From contig CAMCMI010000001.1 of the NCBI GenBank assembly GCA_945875875.1, forward strand, positions 1 through 63,121: a DNA stretch of 63,121 bases, written 5' to 3'. Below, in pieces: positions 39,097 to 48,741 of this stretch. The position numbers were made by a program, and so were the translations under genes. The notes beneath the pieces are model-generated. The model was not told the origin of the DNA and searched no databases. It saw only the letters and a program-made list of their open reading frames with translations. Each line of letters begins with the position of its first letter. The stretch's first letter is position 1. The DNA comes from Rhizobium sp. Q54 (lineage in GTDB: Bacteria; Pseudomonadota; Alphaproteobacteria; Rhizobiales; Beijerinckiaceae).

Positions 39097-40146
39097 ATGA
39101 AAAAGACAGGCCTGATGGCTATAATTGGACTTGCTGCGGCGATTGCGCCAGCGCAGGCTCAGGACGCGGGTGATTTCTATCGCGGCAAAACCATCACAAT
39201 CATCGCCGGATCGTCGGTTGGCGGCGGTCTCGATGTCTATGGCCGCCTGCTGTCGCGCCATATTGGCAAGCATGTTCCCGGCGCGCCGGGCGTTGTGGTG
39301 CAGAACATGCCCGGCGCGGGCAGCCTCACGGCGGCAAGGCATATTTATACAATCGCCCCCAAGGACGGGCTGCACATGGGCATCGTGTTGCCGGGCGCGC
39401 TGCTGGACCCTCTGCTGAGCGCGCAGGATTCCGGCGGCAGGGAGGCTGGCGCCTACGATCCCACAAAGTTTAATTACATCGGCAACGGCAATGCGGAGAC
39501 CATCGTTTGCGTGGTGCGCCGGGATGCGCCGGTCAAGCATTTCAGTGAGGTTTTTGACAAAGAGCTGCTCGTGGGCGGCACCGGTCCGGGGTCTTCGCTG
39601 GTTGATTATCCCGTCGTCACCCGCAACCTCATCAATGCGAAGATTCGCCTGATCGCAGGCTATAAAGGCTCGCGGGAAGTCAGTCTTGCGGTACAACAAA
39701 ATGAGGTGCAGGGCATTTGCGGCCTTGCGTGGTCATCAGCTAAAAATCAATATCCCGATATCTTCAAGCCCGATGGATATGTGAAAGTGCTGGTGCAGGA
39801 AGACAGCGCGCCGCACCCGGAAGTCGCGGCGCTGGGCGTGCCGCTGGCGATTGATTTTGTGAAGGACCCGGTGCAAAAACGCGCCCTGGAAGTGTTCTAT
39901 TCGCAAGGGGTCATGAGCCGTCCGTTCATCCTGCCGCCGGGCGTGTCGGCCGAGCGCGTCGCGCTTTTGCGCAAAGCGTTTCTGGCCGCCATGACGGATC
40001 CGGAATTGCGCACTGAAGTGGCCAAGCAGAAACTCGACGCCAATCCCAACACCGGGGAAGAACTTCAGGCGCTCATCAACAAACTTTACGCCACGCCCAG
40101 AGATGTTCTCGACCTCCTCCGCAAGGCGGCTGAAACCAAAAAGTAA
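39097..40146 (+). CDS. Orphan TctC/Bug family substrate-binding protein
   Basis: FYRGKTITIIAG, QNMPGAGS, GYKGS..NEVQG. Confidence 0.9.
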   Translation: MKKTGLMAIIGLAAAIAPAQAQDAGDFYRGKTITIIAGSSVGGGLDVYGRLLSRHIGKHVPGAPGVVVQNMPGAGSLTAARHIYTIAPKDGLHMGIVLPGALLDPLLSAQDSGGREAGAYDPTKFNYIGNGNAETIVCVVRRDAPVKHFSEVFDKELLVGGTGPGSSLVDYPVVTRNLINAKIRLIAGYKGSREVSLAVQQNEVQGICGLAWSSAKNQYPDIFKPDGYVKVLVQEDSAPHPEVAALGVPLAIDFVKDPVQKRALEVFYSQGVMSRPFILPPGVSAERVALLRKAFLAAMTDPELRTEVAKQKLDANPNTGEELQALINKLYATPRDVLDLLRKAAETKK

Positions 40147-40157
40147 CTGGAAACATT

Positions 40158-41024
40158 ATGACCGAGAGCATCTATCGCGGCTTCGCGCAGGCCGATCTTG
40201 AGCGCGAATACAACCCTGCCGCCAACATTGCAAACGTCGGCGAGCTTCATGCGCGTCGGCGTGCGCGCGCCGCTGCAGCGCAGGCCAATCTCTCCCGCGC
40301 GCTCGACGTGCCCTATGGCGGATCGGGCGGGCAGACGCTCGATATTTTCTTTGCCGGGCGCGGCGATGCGCCGATCCAGATCTTCTTTCACGGCGGCTCG
40401 TGGAAGGGGCAGGACAAGGCCAATTACAGCTTTATCGCCGAGCCTTTGGGCGCGCAGGGTATCATCTCGGTCAACGTGAATTACGATTTGTGTCCCAACG
40501 TCACCATCGATCAATTGATCGAGCAATGTCGTCGCGCCATTGCATGGGTGTGGGCCAACGCGCGCATCATGGGTGGCGATCCCAATCGTATTTCTGTTTG
40601 CGGCCATTCGGCTGGCGCACATATCGCGTGCCGTATGCTGGAGACTGACTGGTCGCAATACGGGCGCACGCCTGACGATGTTGTTAAAGGCGCGATGCTG
40701 GTGAGCGGCCTTTACGATCTCGAACCCATTCGCCTCACCGCGACCAATACCGACGTGCGCCTGACGCTGGATGACGTTGTACGCGAAAGCCCCATGAACC
40801 GGCCCTTGCGACGCCGCGCGCCTGTGTTCATCACCTGCGGGGCTGACGATAATTCAGAGTTCAGGCGCCAGTCCAAAGACTTTGCAGCCGCGCTGGCCGG
40901 CCGCAGTTATGGCGCGCAATATGAAGAGGCGCCGGGCCACAATCATTTCTCGATACTGGAGGCGCTCGCCGATCCCGATCATATGCTCGGGCGTAAGATG
41001 GTCGCGATAGCGTTGGGGGCCTAG
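40158..41024 (+). CDS. Alpha/beta hydrolase, arylformamidase (kynurenine formamidase)-like
   Basis: FHGGSW, GHSAGAH nucleophile elbow, SGLYDLEP, HNHF. Confidence 0.9.
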   Translation: MTESIYRGFAQADLEREYNPAANIANVGELHARRRARAAAAQANLSRALDVPYGGSGGQTLDIFFAGRGDAPIQIFFHGGSWKGQDKANYSFIAEPLGAQGIISVNVNYDLCPNVTIDQLIEQCRRAIAWVWANARIMGGDPNRISVCGHSAGAHIACRMLETDWSQYGRTPDDVVKGAMLVSGLYDLEPIRLTATNTDVRLTLDDVVRESPMNRPLRRRAPVFITCGADDNSEFRRQSKDFAAALAGRSYGAQYEEAPGHNHFSILEALADPDHMLGRKMVAIALGA

Positions 41025-41398
41025 CCTTTTCTTCCGCCCAGCATGCGCGCGATGAACGGGCGCAAAGGCAAAAATCCACGATAGGCGCGCTCCATGATCC
41101 AGAGCGCGCCCGGAATTGTGGAAAGCCTAGCGGCCCAGCGCCATTTTGGCAGCACAAGCCAGATGCGCACAAACGCGGCGGCGCCTGATTCAAGCGCGCC
41201 GGTGGAATCGCGCACATGAAAGCGGGCGAGAGCTTTGTCGCGCGGCAAGTCCGGCGCGGCCAGCTCGCCCGCTTTCGAGACATCAAGAAAACAGATGCGC
41301 TCAGCGCCGTTCTGTCCCTGATAATGGCTGATCTCCATGCGGCACAGCGGGCAGCCGCCATCGTAATAGACGGTGAGTTCGGGTGTCTGCTCGTTCAT
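41021..41398 (-). CDS. DCC family thiol-disulfide oxidoreductase (DUF393)
   Basis: YYDGGCPLC DxxCxxC motif. Confidence 0.92.
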   Translation of the reverse strand: MNEQTPELTVYYDGGCPLCRMEISHYQGQNGAERICFLDVSKAGELAAPDLPRDKALARFHVRDSTGALESGAAAFVRIWLVLPKWRWAARLSTIPGALWIMERAYRGFLPLRPFIARMLGGRKG

Positions 41399-42345
41399 GC
41401 GTTTTGGCCTTGTGAGAGGATCATCTCCGCCATCGCCCGCCCGCTTTCAAAAGCGGCCTCAACGCGCGGCCCGATGCACCAGTCTCCGCACGCGCCGATC
41501 TGCATGTCTGAATTCCACAGGCATGGCGCGCCAGCCGCTTGCTCCACGAGCGCATAAAGCCAGCGATGGGCGGAGGCGTAAACGGGCTGCGCCTCAATGC
41601 CGGTGATGGCGGCAAACCGCTCCAGCAGAGCGGCGCGCGCCTCGTCGGGGGTCAGTTTGATATACTCGCGCGTCCAGGCCGGGCTTGCGTGGATCACCCA
41701 TGTCTCGCAGGCTGTTCCGCGCCCCGGCTTGTCGCTGTCGCGCGCGATCCAGCTGATCGCTCCCTCATTGAGTTTGATCCGCGAAGAGACGTGTTCGTGC
41801 GAAGTCTCAAACGCCAGCATCAGCGCCCAGCAAGGGGCGTAACGCGCCTCGCTTACGCCCGGCAGGTCGGCGCCTGCGCTTACCAGCAGCGTTTGCGCCT
41901 GCGGCGCAGGCACGGCGACGATCAGCGCATTGAAGGCCCCATTGCCGGGAGCCTCTATCGGCCCCTCCGCATCTTCCACCCGCCACAAGCCGTTTGTGCG
42001 CACGAGCTTTGTAGCAGTCCGCGCAGTTACAAGGTCCAGACCTTCGCCCAAAGCGCGCGAGGGGGCAGTCATGCCCGGCGCGCCGACATAAGAATCGTCA
42101 AACCATGGCGCAGCGGCGCCGCTGCTTCGCCATGTTGCGACCTGCTCTTTGAAGGCGGCGCCTTTGGCGGTGAAATATTGCGCGCCATGGTCAAATTGCA
42201 GCCCGTCGACGCGCCGCGTGGACATGCGCCCGCCAAGGCCGCGGCTTTTTTCAAACAGCGTGACGCGCACGCCCGACGCACGCAGGCTTTGCGCCGCGCT
42301 GAGGCCCCCCATGCCCGCGCCGATGATGCCGATGTGTTGTGTCAT
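41395..42345 (-). CDS. FAD-dependent oxidoreductase, renalase-like
   Basis: IIGAGMGG, EKSRGLGGRMSTRR, FDHGAQYF, HRWLYA, CGDW. Confidence 0.92.
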   Translation of the reverse strand: MTQHIGIIGAGMGGLSAAQSLRASGVRVTLFEKSRGLGGRMSTRRVDGLQFDHGAQYFTAKGAAFKEQVATWRSSGAAAPWFDDSYVGAPGMTAPSRALGEGLDLVTARTATKLVRTNGLWRVEDAEGPIEAPGNGAFNALIVAVPAPQAQTLLVSAGADLPGVSEARYAPCWALMLAFETSHEHVSSRIKLNEGAISWIARDSDKPGRGTACETWVIHASPAWTREYIKLTPDEARAALLERFAAITGIEAQPVYASAHRWLYALVEQAAGAPCLWNSDMQIGACGDWCIGPRVEAAFESGRAMAEMILSQGQNA

Positions 42346-42378
42346 ATCCTGCTTACGCCGCTGGTCGCGCTTTGGACT

Positions 42379-42765
42379 TTAAAGCAGGGGCATCACAAGA
42401 AGCATCGCCGCCGTGATCCCGATAACGCTAAAGGTCAAGATCATGCCGCCAACACGCATGCGAAAATCTTCCCGCTCCCGTGACAGGCCATAGGCATGAA
42501 CGCAGCGACCAATTAAAAGTGCGCCCGCCAGCACATGTATGAGTGGCCCGTAAGCTCCCTGCATTTCCGCGAACGCCAGCAGGAGCAGGGCGAACGGCGC
42601 ATATTCTACAAAATTTGCATGCACCCGCATTGCGCGCTCCAGCGCCGCGTCACCGTTTGAGCCGAGGCCGATTTTCAGCGAGCGGCGAAAGCGGATGACA
42701 TGTGCCGAGAGGGCGATAAACACGAAGGCCAGCAATGCGGCGTAGACGGGGACAATTTTAATCAT
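42379..42765 (-). CDS. MAPEG family membrane protein
   Basis: RVHANFVEYAP, GRCVHAYG. Confidence 0.9.
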   Translation of the reverse strand: MIKIVPVYAALLAFVFIALSAHVIRFRRSLKIGLGSNGDAALERAMRVHANFVEYAPFALLLLAFAEMQGAYGPLIHVLAGALLIGRCVHAYGLSREREDFRMRVGGMILTFSVIGITAAMLLVMPLL

Positions 42766-42861
42766 GGGATTTCCTGTTGCAGGCGCACAAGCACTGGGAG
42801 CTTCATACCGCATTGACCGCGCGCAGCGAAGCGTTCAGGTTCTGGGCTAGAGGAGCCCGCC

Positions 42862-44028
42862 TTGACCGCACAGCCGACGACACCAGACGCCGTTTCCATT
42901 GCCCGCGATCTCATCCGCTGCCCGTCCGTGACGCCGGCTGACGCTGGCGCGCTCGGGCTGATCGAGTCTATGCTGGCGAGGGCGGGCTTCAAAACCGAGC
43001 GCGTTGTATTCTCGCAAGAAGGCTATCCCGACACCGACAATTTTTACGCCCGCTTCGGGACGCAGGCGCCGTGCCTGATGTTCGCGGGCCATACCGACGT
43101 CGTGCCGCCCGGCGATGCCGCGCAATGGCGGTTCGATCCGTTCTCGGCGCAGATCGCCGACGACATGATGTGGGGGCGCGGCGCGGTCGACATGAAGGGC
43201 GGACTGGCCGCCTCCATCGCCGCCGTTTTGGCCTTTCTGGCGCAAAACAAGGCGTTTGCAGGCTCCATCGCGTTTCTGATTACCGGTGATGAGGAAGGGC
43301 CTGCCGTCAACGGCACGGTCAAATTGCTGGAATGGGCGCACGCGAAGGGTGAGCGCTTCGATCATTGCATCCTTGGCGAACCCACCAATCCCGATGCGCT
43401 GGGCGATATGATAAAAATCGGGCGCCGGGGCTCGCTGTCAGGCGCCATTGAGGTTCAGGGCAAGCAGGGTCATGTGGGTTATCCCCATCTGGCCGACAAT
43501 CCTGTGCATCACATTCTGCGGCTGACGGGCGCCTTGCTGGCCAGGCCGCTTGATGCCGGCACGGCGCATTTCGACCCCTCCAACCTTGAGATCACGTCCA
43601 TCGACGTCGGCAATGCGGCGGTGAACGTGATTCCGGCAAAGGCGCGCGCGCAGTTCAACGTGCGGTTCAACGATTTGTGGACGCCGCAGACGCTCGCCGA
43701 CGAGCTTTCCGCCCGGCTCACTGCGACCGCCGGGAGCGCGCGCTATACGCTCACATTCCAGCCCACCAATGCGCTGGCCTTCCTCACGCAGCCCGGACCG
43801 TTCGTGGATTTGTTCGCCAGCGCCGTGGAGGCCGAGACCGGGCGCCGGCCTGTTTTGTCAACCACCGGCGGCACGTCGGACGCGCGGTTTATCTGCAATT
43901 ATGCGCAAGTCGTCGAGTTTGGGCTTGTGGGCCAGACCATGCATGCGGTGGACGAGCGCGTGAGCGTGGCGGACCTTCACAAGCTGTCCGCCATCTACCA
44001 GCGGGCGCTCGGCGCCTATTTCGCATAG
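42862..44028 (+). CDS. dapE: Succinyl-diaminopimelate desuccinylase
   Basis: [44 protein letters not shown]. Confidence 0.96.
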   Translation: MTAQPTTPDAVSIARDLIRCPSVTPADAGALGLIESMLARAGFKTERVVFSQEGYPDTDNFYARFGTQAPCLMFAGHTDVVPPGDAAQWRFDPFSAQIADDMMWGRGAVDMKGGLAASIAAVLAFLAQNKAFAGSIAFLITGDEEGPAVNGTVKLLEWAHAKGERFDHCILGEPTNPDALGDMIKIGRRGSLSGAIEVQGKQGHVGYPHLADNPVHHILRLTGALLARPLDAGTAHFDPSNLEITSIDVGNAAVNVIPAKARAQFNVRFNDLWTPQTLADELSARLTATAGSARYTLTFQPTNALAFLTQPGPFVDLFASAVEAETGRRPVLSTTGGTSDARFICNYAQVVEFGLVGQTMHAVDERVSVADLHKLSAIYQRALGAYFA

Positions 44029-44092
44029 ACTTCTGGTCAGTGACGCGGCGCGTGCGCCCATGCTAAAACTGGCTGGAGCTTGAGAGGGTCCG

Positions 44093-44443
44093 ATGGGACG
44101 TTTGTCGACGCATATTCTGGACACGCATTCCGGTCGCCCGGCGGAGGGCGTGACGATTGATCTGGTGGCGATGCAGCCTGCGGGCGAGCGCGTGCTGAAG
44201 AACGTGCGCACAAATGCGGACGGGCGCACGGACGAGCCGCTGATGACCGGCGATTTGCCTTTGGGCGTCTACGAGCTGCGCTTCCACATCGGCGATTACT
44301 TTCGAGGCCGCGGCGTCGATCTGCCCGAGCCTGCGTTTTTGGACGTCGCAGTAGTGCGCTTTGGCATTGCGGATTCTGCGGGCCATTATCATGTGCCGCT
44401 GCTGGCCACGCCCTGGTCCTATTCCACCTATCGGGGTTCATAA
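44093..44443 (+). CDS. uraH: 5-hydroxyisourate hydrolase
   Basis: LSTHILDT, TNADGR, HYHVPLL, terminal YRGS. Confidence 0.97.
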   Translation: MGRLSTHILDTHSGRPAEGVTIDLVAMQPAGERVLKNVRTNADGRTDEPLMTGDLPLGVYELRFHIGDYFRGRGVDLPEPAFLDVAVVRFGIADSAGHYHVPLLATPWSYSTYRGS

Positions 44444-45855
44444 TGGATTACCCGCGCGATCTTATCGGCTATGGCGCAAAGCCGCCGCATGCAAACTGGC
44501 CCGGCGGCGCCCGCATCGCGGTGCAATTTGTCATCAATTACGAAGAGGGCGGCGAGAATTGCATTCTGCACGGGGACGCAGCCTCCGAAGCGTTTCTGTC
44601 GGAAATCATTGGCGCGCAGGCATGGCCCGGCCAGCGGCATATGAACATGGAATCGATTTACGAATATGGCGCGCGCGCAGGCTTCTGGCGCCTGCATCGC
44701 CTGTTTACCGAACGGGCCATGCCCGTCACCGTGTTTGGCGTGGCGATGGCGATGGAGCGCAATCGCGAGGCCGTTGCGGCGATGAACGAGGCTGGATGGG
44801 AGATCGCTAGCCATGGGTTGAAATGGATCGACTACAAGGATTACGCGCCAGCCGATGAGCGCGCCCATATTGACGAGGCGGTGCGGCTGCATACGGAAGT
44901 CGCGGGCGCGCGACCGCTCGGGTTTTATCAGGGCCGCACCTCGGTCAATACGCTTGATTTGACCATGGCGGAAGGCGGTTTTCTGTATTCGGCGGATTCT
45001 TATGCGGACGAATTGCCCTATTGGGTTGAAGGCCCGCATGGCCCCCATCTCATCACGCCCTACACGCTCGACGCCAATGACATGCGCTTTGCAACGCCGC
45101 AGGGTTTCAACAGCGGCGATCAGTTTTTTGCCTATCTTAAAGACAGCTTCGACGTGCTCTACGCCGAAGGCGTCGAAGCGCCCAAGATGATATCGATCGG
45201 CCTGCATTGCAGGCTCGTCGGGCGCCCCGGTCGCGTAGCGGCGCTGGCGCGCTTTCTCGATTATGTGGAGAGCCATCAACACGCATGGGTGACGACGCGG
45301 CTTGATATTGCGCGCCATTGGATCAAGCATCATCCGCCCGCTGGCGGCTATAGGCCCAGCCGCATGTCGAAGGTTTTGTTCGTTGAAGTGTTCGGCGATA
45401 TTTTCGAGCATACGCCGCAGATCGCCGCGCGCGTATGTGAGGCAGGTTTAACGGGCGCGCATGACACAGCGCCGGGCCTGCATGAGGCGATGGTCGCGCA
45501 GATGCGGGCGATGAACGGCGATGAAAAGCGCGCGCTGATTTGCGCCCATCCCGATCTTGCCGGGCGGCTTGCGCTGGCCAAAAAGCTCACCGACGATTCC
45601 GCCAAAGAGCAAGGCTCCGCTGGCCTCGACAAGCTCAGCGCCGACGAGCTGGCGCGATTTACGGCGCTGAACGAGACTTACAAGAAACGCTTTGGCTTCC
45701 CCTTCATCATGGCGGTGAAGGGCGCGACCAAAGAACAAATTCTGGCGGGCTTCGAGCGCCGCCTTGCGCATGAACCAGAAACGGAATTCAACGAGGCGCT
45801 GGCGCAGATTGAGAAGATAGCGCTGCTGCGACTTTCCGACAGGTTGCCGTCATGA
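44443..45855 (+). CDS. puuE: Allantoinase PuuE fused to C-terminal OHCU decarboxylase (UraD)
   Basis: YPRDLIGY, NYEEGGE, YEYGARAG, DANDMRF, GLHCR; C-terminal FEH.P, AHPDLAG, S..EQ.SAGL, FGFPFIMAVKG. Confidence 0.95.
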   Translation: MDYPRDLIGYGAKPPHANWPGGARIAVQFVINYEEGGENCILHGDAASEAFLSEIIGAQAWPGQRHMNMESIYEYGARAGFWRLHRLFTERAMPVTVFGVAMAMERNREAVAAMNEAGWEIASHGLKWIDYKDYAPADERAHIDEAVRLHTEVAGARPLGFYQGRTSVNTLDLTMAEGGFLYSADSYADELPYWVEGPHGPHLITPYTLDANDMRFATPQGFNSGDQFFAYLKDSFDVLYAEGVEAPKMISIGLHCRLVGRPGRVAALARFLDYVESHQHAWVTTRLDIARHWIKHHPPAGGYRPSRMSKVLFVEVFGDIFEHTPQIAARVCEAGLTGAHDTAPGLHEAMVAQMRAMNGDEKRALICAHPDLAGRLALAKKLTDDSAKEQGSAGLDKLSADELARFTALNETYKKRFGFPFIMAVKGATKEQILAGFERRLAHEPETEFNEALAQIEKIALLRLSDRLPS

Positions 45856-47078
45856 GCGGCGCTGCGCGGATCGTCGCGCGTCTGCATGAGCTGAATGGCG
45901 TCAGCGATGATGAGGCAGGGCTGACGCGCCTCACGCTGTCGCCCGCCCACAAGCGGGCGGTCGGTATGGTCTCAGGCTGGATGCAGGAAGCCGGCCTCGC
46001 CACGCGGCTTGACGGCGCCGCCACGCTGGTGGGCCGTCAGGAAGGCTTGAAGCCCAACGCTAAAACGCTGCTGCTGGGTTCGCACATCGACAGCGTGCGC
46101 AATGGCGGCATGTACGACGGACCGCTTGGAATCGTGATCGCGATTGAGGCGCTGGACCGCTTGCGCGCGCGCGGCGTAAAGCTCCCCTTTGCGGTGGAGG
46201 TTCTCGCGTTTGGCGATGAGGAAGGCGTGCGGTTTTCAACCTCGCTCACCGGCTCGCGCGCGGTCGCGGGCGTCTTTGACGAAGCCTGCCTGGAGACGCG
46301 CGATGCAGCTGGCGTTTCGCGCCGGCAAGCGCTGGAGGCCTTTGGCTGCGATCCATCCAGCATCGCGCAGGAAGCGCGCGATCCTGCTGGCGTGCTGGGC
46401 TATCTCGAAGTCCATATTGAGCAGGGGCCGGTGCTTGAGGCCAGGGGCTTGCCGCTGGGAATTGTCACCGCCATCAACGGCGCCTCGCGAGGCGAAATCG
46501 TCATCACCGGCGCCGCCGGACATTCGGGCACGTTGCCGATGAACATGCGGCGGGATGCTGCGGCTGCGGGCGCAGAAATCGTGCTGGCGGTCGAGGAAAT
46601 TGGCGCCGGCAAGCCCGATCTTGTGGCGACCATCGGGCGCTTTGAAATTCGCAACAGCGCCGTCAACGTCGTGCCGGGCAATGCAACACTCTCGGTTGAC
46701 GTGCGCAGTTCGCGCGATGAAGATCGCGCTGCGGCAGTTGAAGAGATCGCCGCCCGCGTGCAGGAGATCGCGTTGCGCCGCAGTGTAAAGGCGCGGATGG
46801 CAATCAATTACGACATGCCTGCCGCGCCCTGCGATTCCGGCATGATGGGCAGGCTGGATCATGCCTTGAAACGTGGCGGGCATGAGGCTTTTCGATTGCC
46901 GAGCGGCGCGGGTCACGACGCAATGTCGTTTCGTGATCGTATGCCGCACGCCATGTTGTTTGTGCGGTGTCGCGGCGGCGTGAGCCACCGCCCGGATGAG
47001 TTTGCGTCGGAAGCCGACATCGCCAGCGCGCTGGCGGTTTTGGAAGACTTTATCGAGACGTTTGGAGCAGAGGCATGA
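45852..47078 (+). CDS. allC: Allantoate amidohydrolase (M20 family)
   Basis: GSHIDSV, DGPLG, DEEGVRF, EVHIEQGP, SGAGHDA, GVSH; purine-catabolism context. Confidence 0.88.
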   Translation: MSGAARIVARLHELNGVSDDEAGLTRLTLSPAHKRAVGMVSGWMQEAGLATRLDGAATLVGRQEGLKPNAKTLLLGSHIDSVRNGGMYDGPLGIVIAIEALDRLRARGVKLPFAVEVLAFGDEEGVRFSTSLTGSRAVAGVFDEACLETRDAAGVSRRQALEAFGCDPSSIAQEARDPAGVLGYLEVHIEQGPVLEARGLPLGIVTAINGASRGEIVITGAAGHSGTLPMNMRRDAAAAGAEIVLAVEEIGAGKPDLVATIGRFEIRNSAVNVVPGNATLSVDVRSSRDEDRAAAVEEIAARVQEIALRRSVKARMAINYDMPAAPCDSGMMGRLDHALKRGGHEAFRLPSGAGHDAMSFRDRMPHAMLFVRCRGGVSHRPDEFASEADIASALAVLEDFIETFGAEA

Positions 47079-48721
47079 AAGCCAACACAGGCGCAGTCAT
47101 CATCGACGGCGCAAACCTCACCGGCGCGGACGTGATGGCCGTTGCGCGTCGAGATGCAAATGGCGCCTATGCGCAGGTGAGCCTTGAAAGCGCTGCGCGC
47201 CAGCGGCTTGTCGCCACACGCACATGGCTCGACGAGAATTTCATGAACGACGATGCGCCGCTGATGTATTCCTTCAACACCGGCGTCGGCCTGTTCAAGG
47301 ATCAGCGCGTGCTGATGAGGGACATGATCGAATACCAGACGAAAACCGTTTACGCGCACGCCACCGGCGTCGGCGAGCCGTTTAGCGAAGAGATTTCGCG
47401 CGCGACGATGCTGCTGCGCGCCAATGCGTTCGCCTCAAACTATTCTGGCCCGCGCGTGCAATTGCTTGAGCGGTTGATTGATTGCCTCAATGCGGGTCTT
47501 GCGCCCGTCATCCCGCAAAAAGGCTCTGTCGGCGCCTCCGGCGATCTGGCGCCTCTCGCCCATATGTCGGGCGCTGTTTGCGGCTTTGAAGAAGCGGAGA
47601 TGTTCTATCAGGGCAAGCGTATGCCTGCGCGCCAGGCGTTAAGCGTTGCGGGCCTGTCGCCGACGTTTGATCTGTCCGCCAAGGACGCCTCGTGCCTCAT
47701 CAACGGCTCGACGGTTTCGCTCGCGCTTGCAGTCCTTGCGCTGGAGGATGCGCGCAATCTCATCAAGCATGCCGACATTGCACTGGTGATGTCGCTTGAA
47801 TGTTTGCGCGGCGAGAAAGTTGCGTTCCAGTCTCGCCTGCACAAGGCGCGCCCGCATCGCGGACAGGCGCTGAGCGCCAGCAATGTTGCGCGCATGATTG
47901 AAGATTCGCAGCGTTGCTCCGAGCCCGCGCGCCATGTGCTGTTTCCCGACGAGGCGCGCGACCCTTCAAAGCCGCCAGCGCCGCGCGTGCAGGATGTTTA
48001 TTCGCTGCGCTGCGGCCCGCAAGTGCATGGCCCGGTGCGCGAAGCTTTGGACTACGCGGACGGCATCATCAACACGGAAATCAATTCCGCAACCGATAAT
48101 CCGCTGGTGTTCGACAACGGCGTCGGCGGCTATGAAATCTTATCGGGCGGGCATTTCCACGGGCAATATGTGGCGCAGGCGATGGACGTCCTCGCCATCG
48201 CGATGACGGATTTGGGCTCGATTTGCGAGCGCCGCCTTGCGCGCCTTGTCGATCCCACCATGAGCTATGGCCTGCCGCGCAATCTGCTGGCGGGCAAGCG
48301 CGGGCTCAACACCGGCTATGCCACCGTGCAATGCACGATGTCGGCTCTGGTGATGGAAAACCGCACGCTCTCCATGCCGGGCTCCGTGGATTCGATTCCT
48401 GGCAAATCGAACGCCGAAGACCATGTTTCGAACTCGACATGGTGCGGTCGCAAGGCGCGCATGATCGTTGAAAACGTCGAGCAGATCGTGGCTGGTGAAA
48501 TCCTGATGGCGGGACAGGCGTTGTCGCTGGTGGACAGCGTGGAGAAAGATCACCCCATCGGATCGGGCGCGCGCGCGGCGCTTGGCGCGTTGCGTGTTGT
48601 GGTTGAACCGGCGCTTGACGGCGACCGCTGGTACGCAACGGAAATGCGCGCGGCGCTTGATCTTGTGCGCTCCGGCGCCCTCGTTGCAGCAGTGGAAGCA
48701 AGCGTAGGCGCCCTCGATTAA
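47075..48721 (+). CDS. MIO-dependent ammonia-lyase (HAL/PAL family), divergent
   Basis: [14 protein letters not shown] (ASG/MIO), [20 protein letters not shown]. Confidence 0.92.
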   Translation: MKANTGAVIIDGANLTGADVMAVARRDANGAYAQVSLESAARQRLVATRTWLDENFMNDDAPLMYSFNTGVGLFKDQRVLMRDMIEYQTKTVYAHATGVGEPFSEEISRATMLLRANAFASNYSGPRVQLLERLIDCLNAGLAPVIPQKGSVGASGDLAPLAHMSGAVCGFEEAEMFYQGKRMPARQALSVAGLSPTFDLSAKDASCLINGSTVSLALAVLALEDARNLIKHADIALVMSLECLRGEKVAFQSRLHKARPHRGQALSASNVARMIEDSQRCSEPARHVLFPDEARDPSKPPAPRVQDVYSLRCGPQVHGPVREALDYADGIINTEINSATDNPLVFDNGVGGYEILSGGHFHGQYVAQAMDVLAIAMTDLGSICERRLARLVDPTMSYGLPRNLLAGKRGLNTGYATVQCTMSALVMENRTLSMPGSVDSIPGKSNAEDHVSNSTWCGRKARMIVENVEQIVAGEILMAGQALSLVDSVEKDHPIGSGARAALGALRVVVEPALDGDRWYATEMRAALDLVRSGALVAAVEASVGALD

Positions 48722-48741
48722 TTTTATTCAGGAGATTCACC

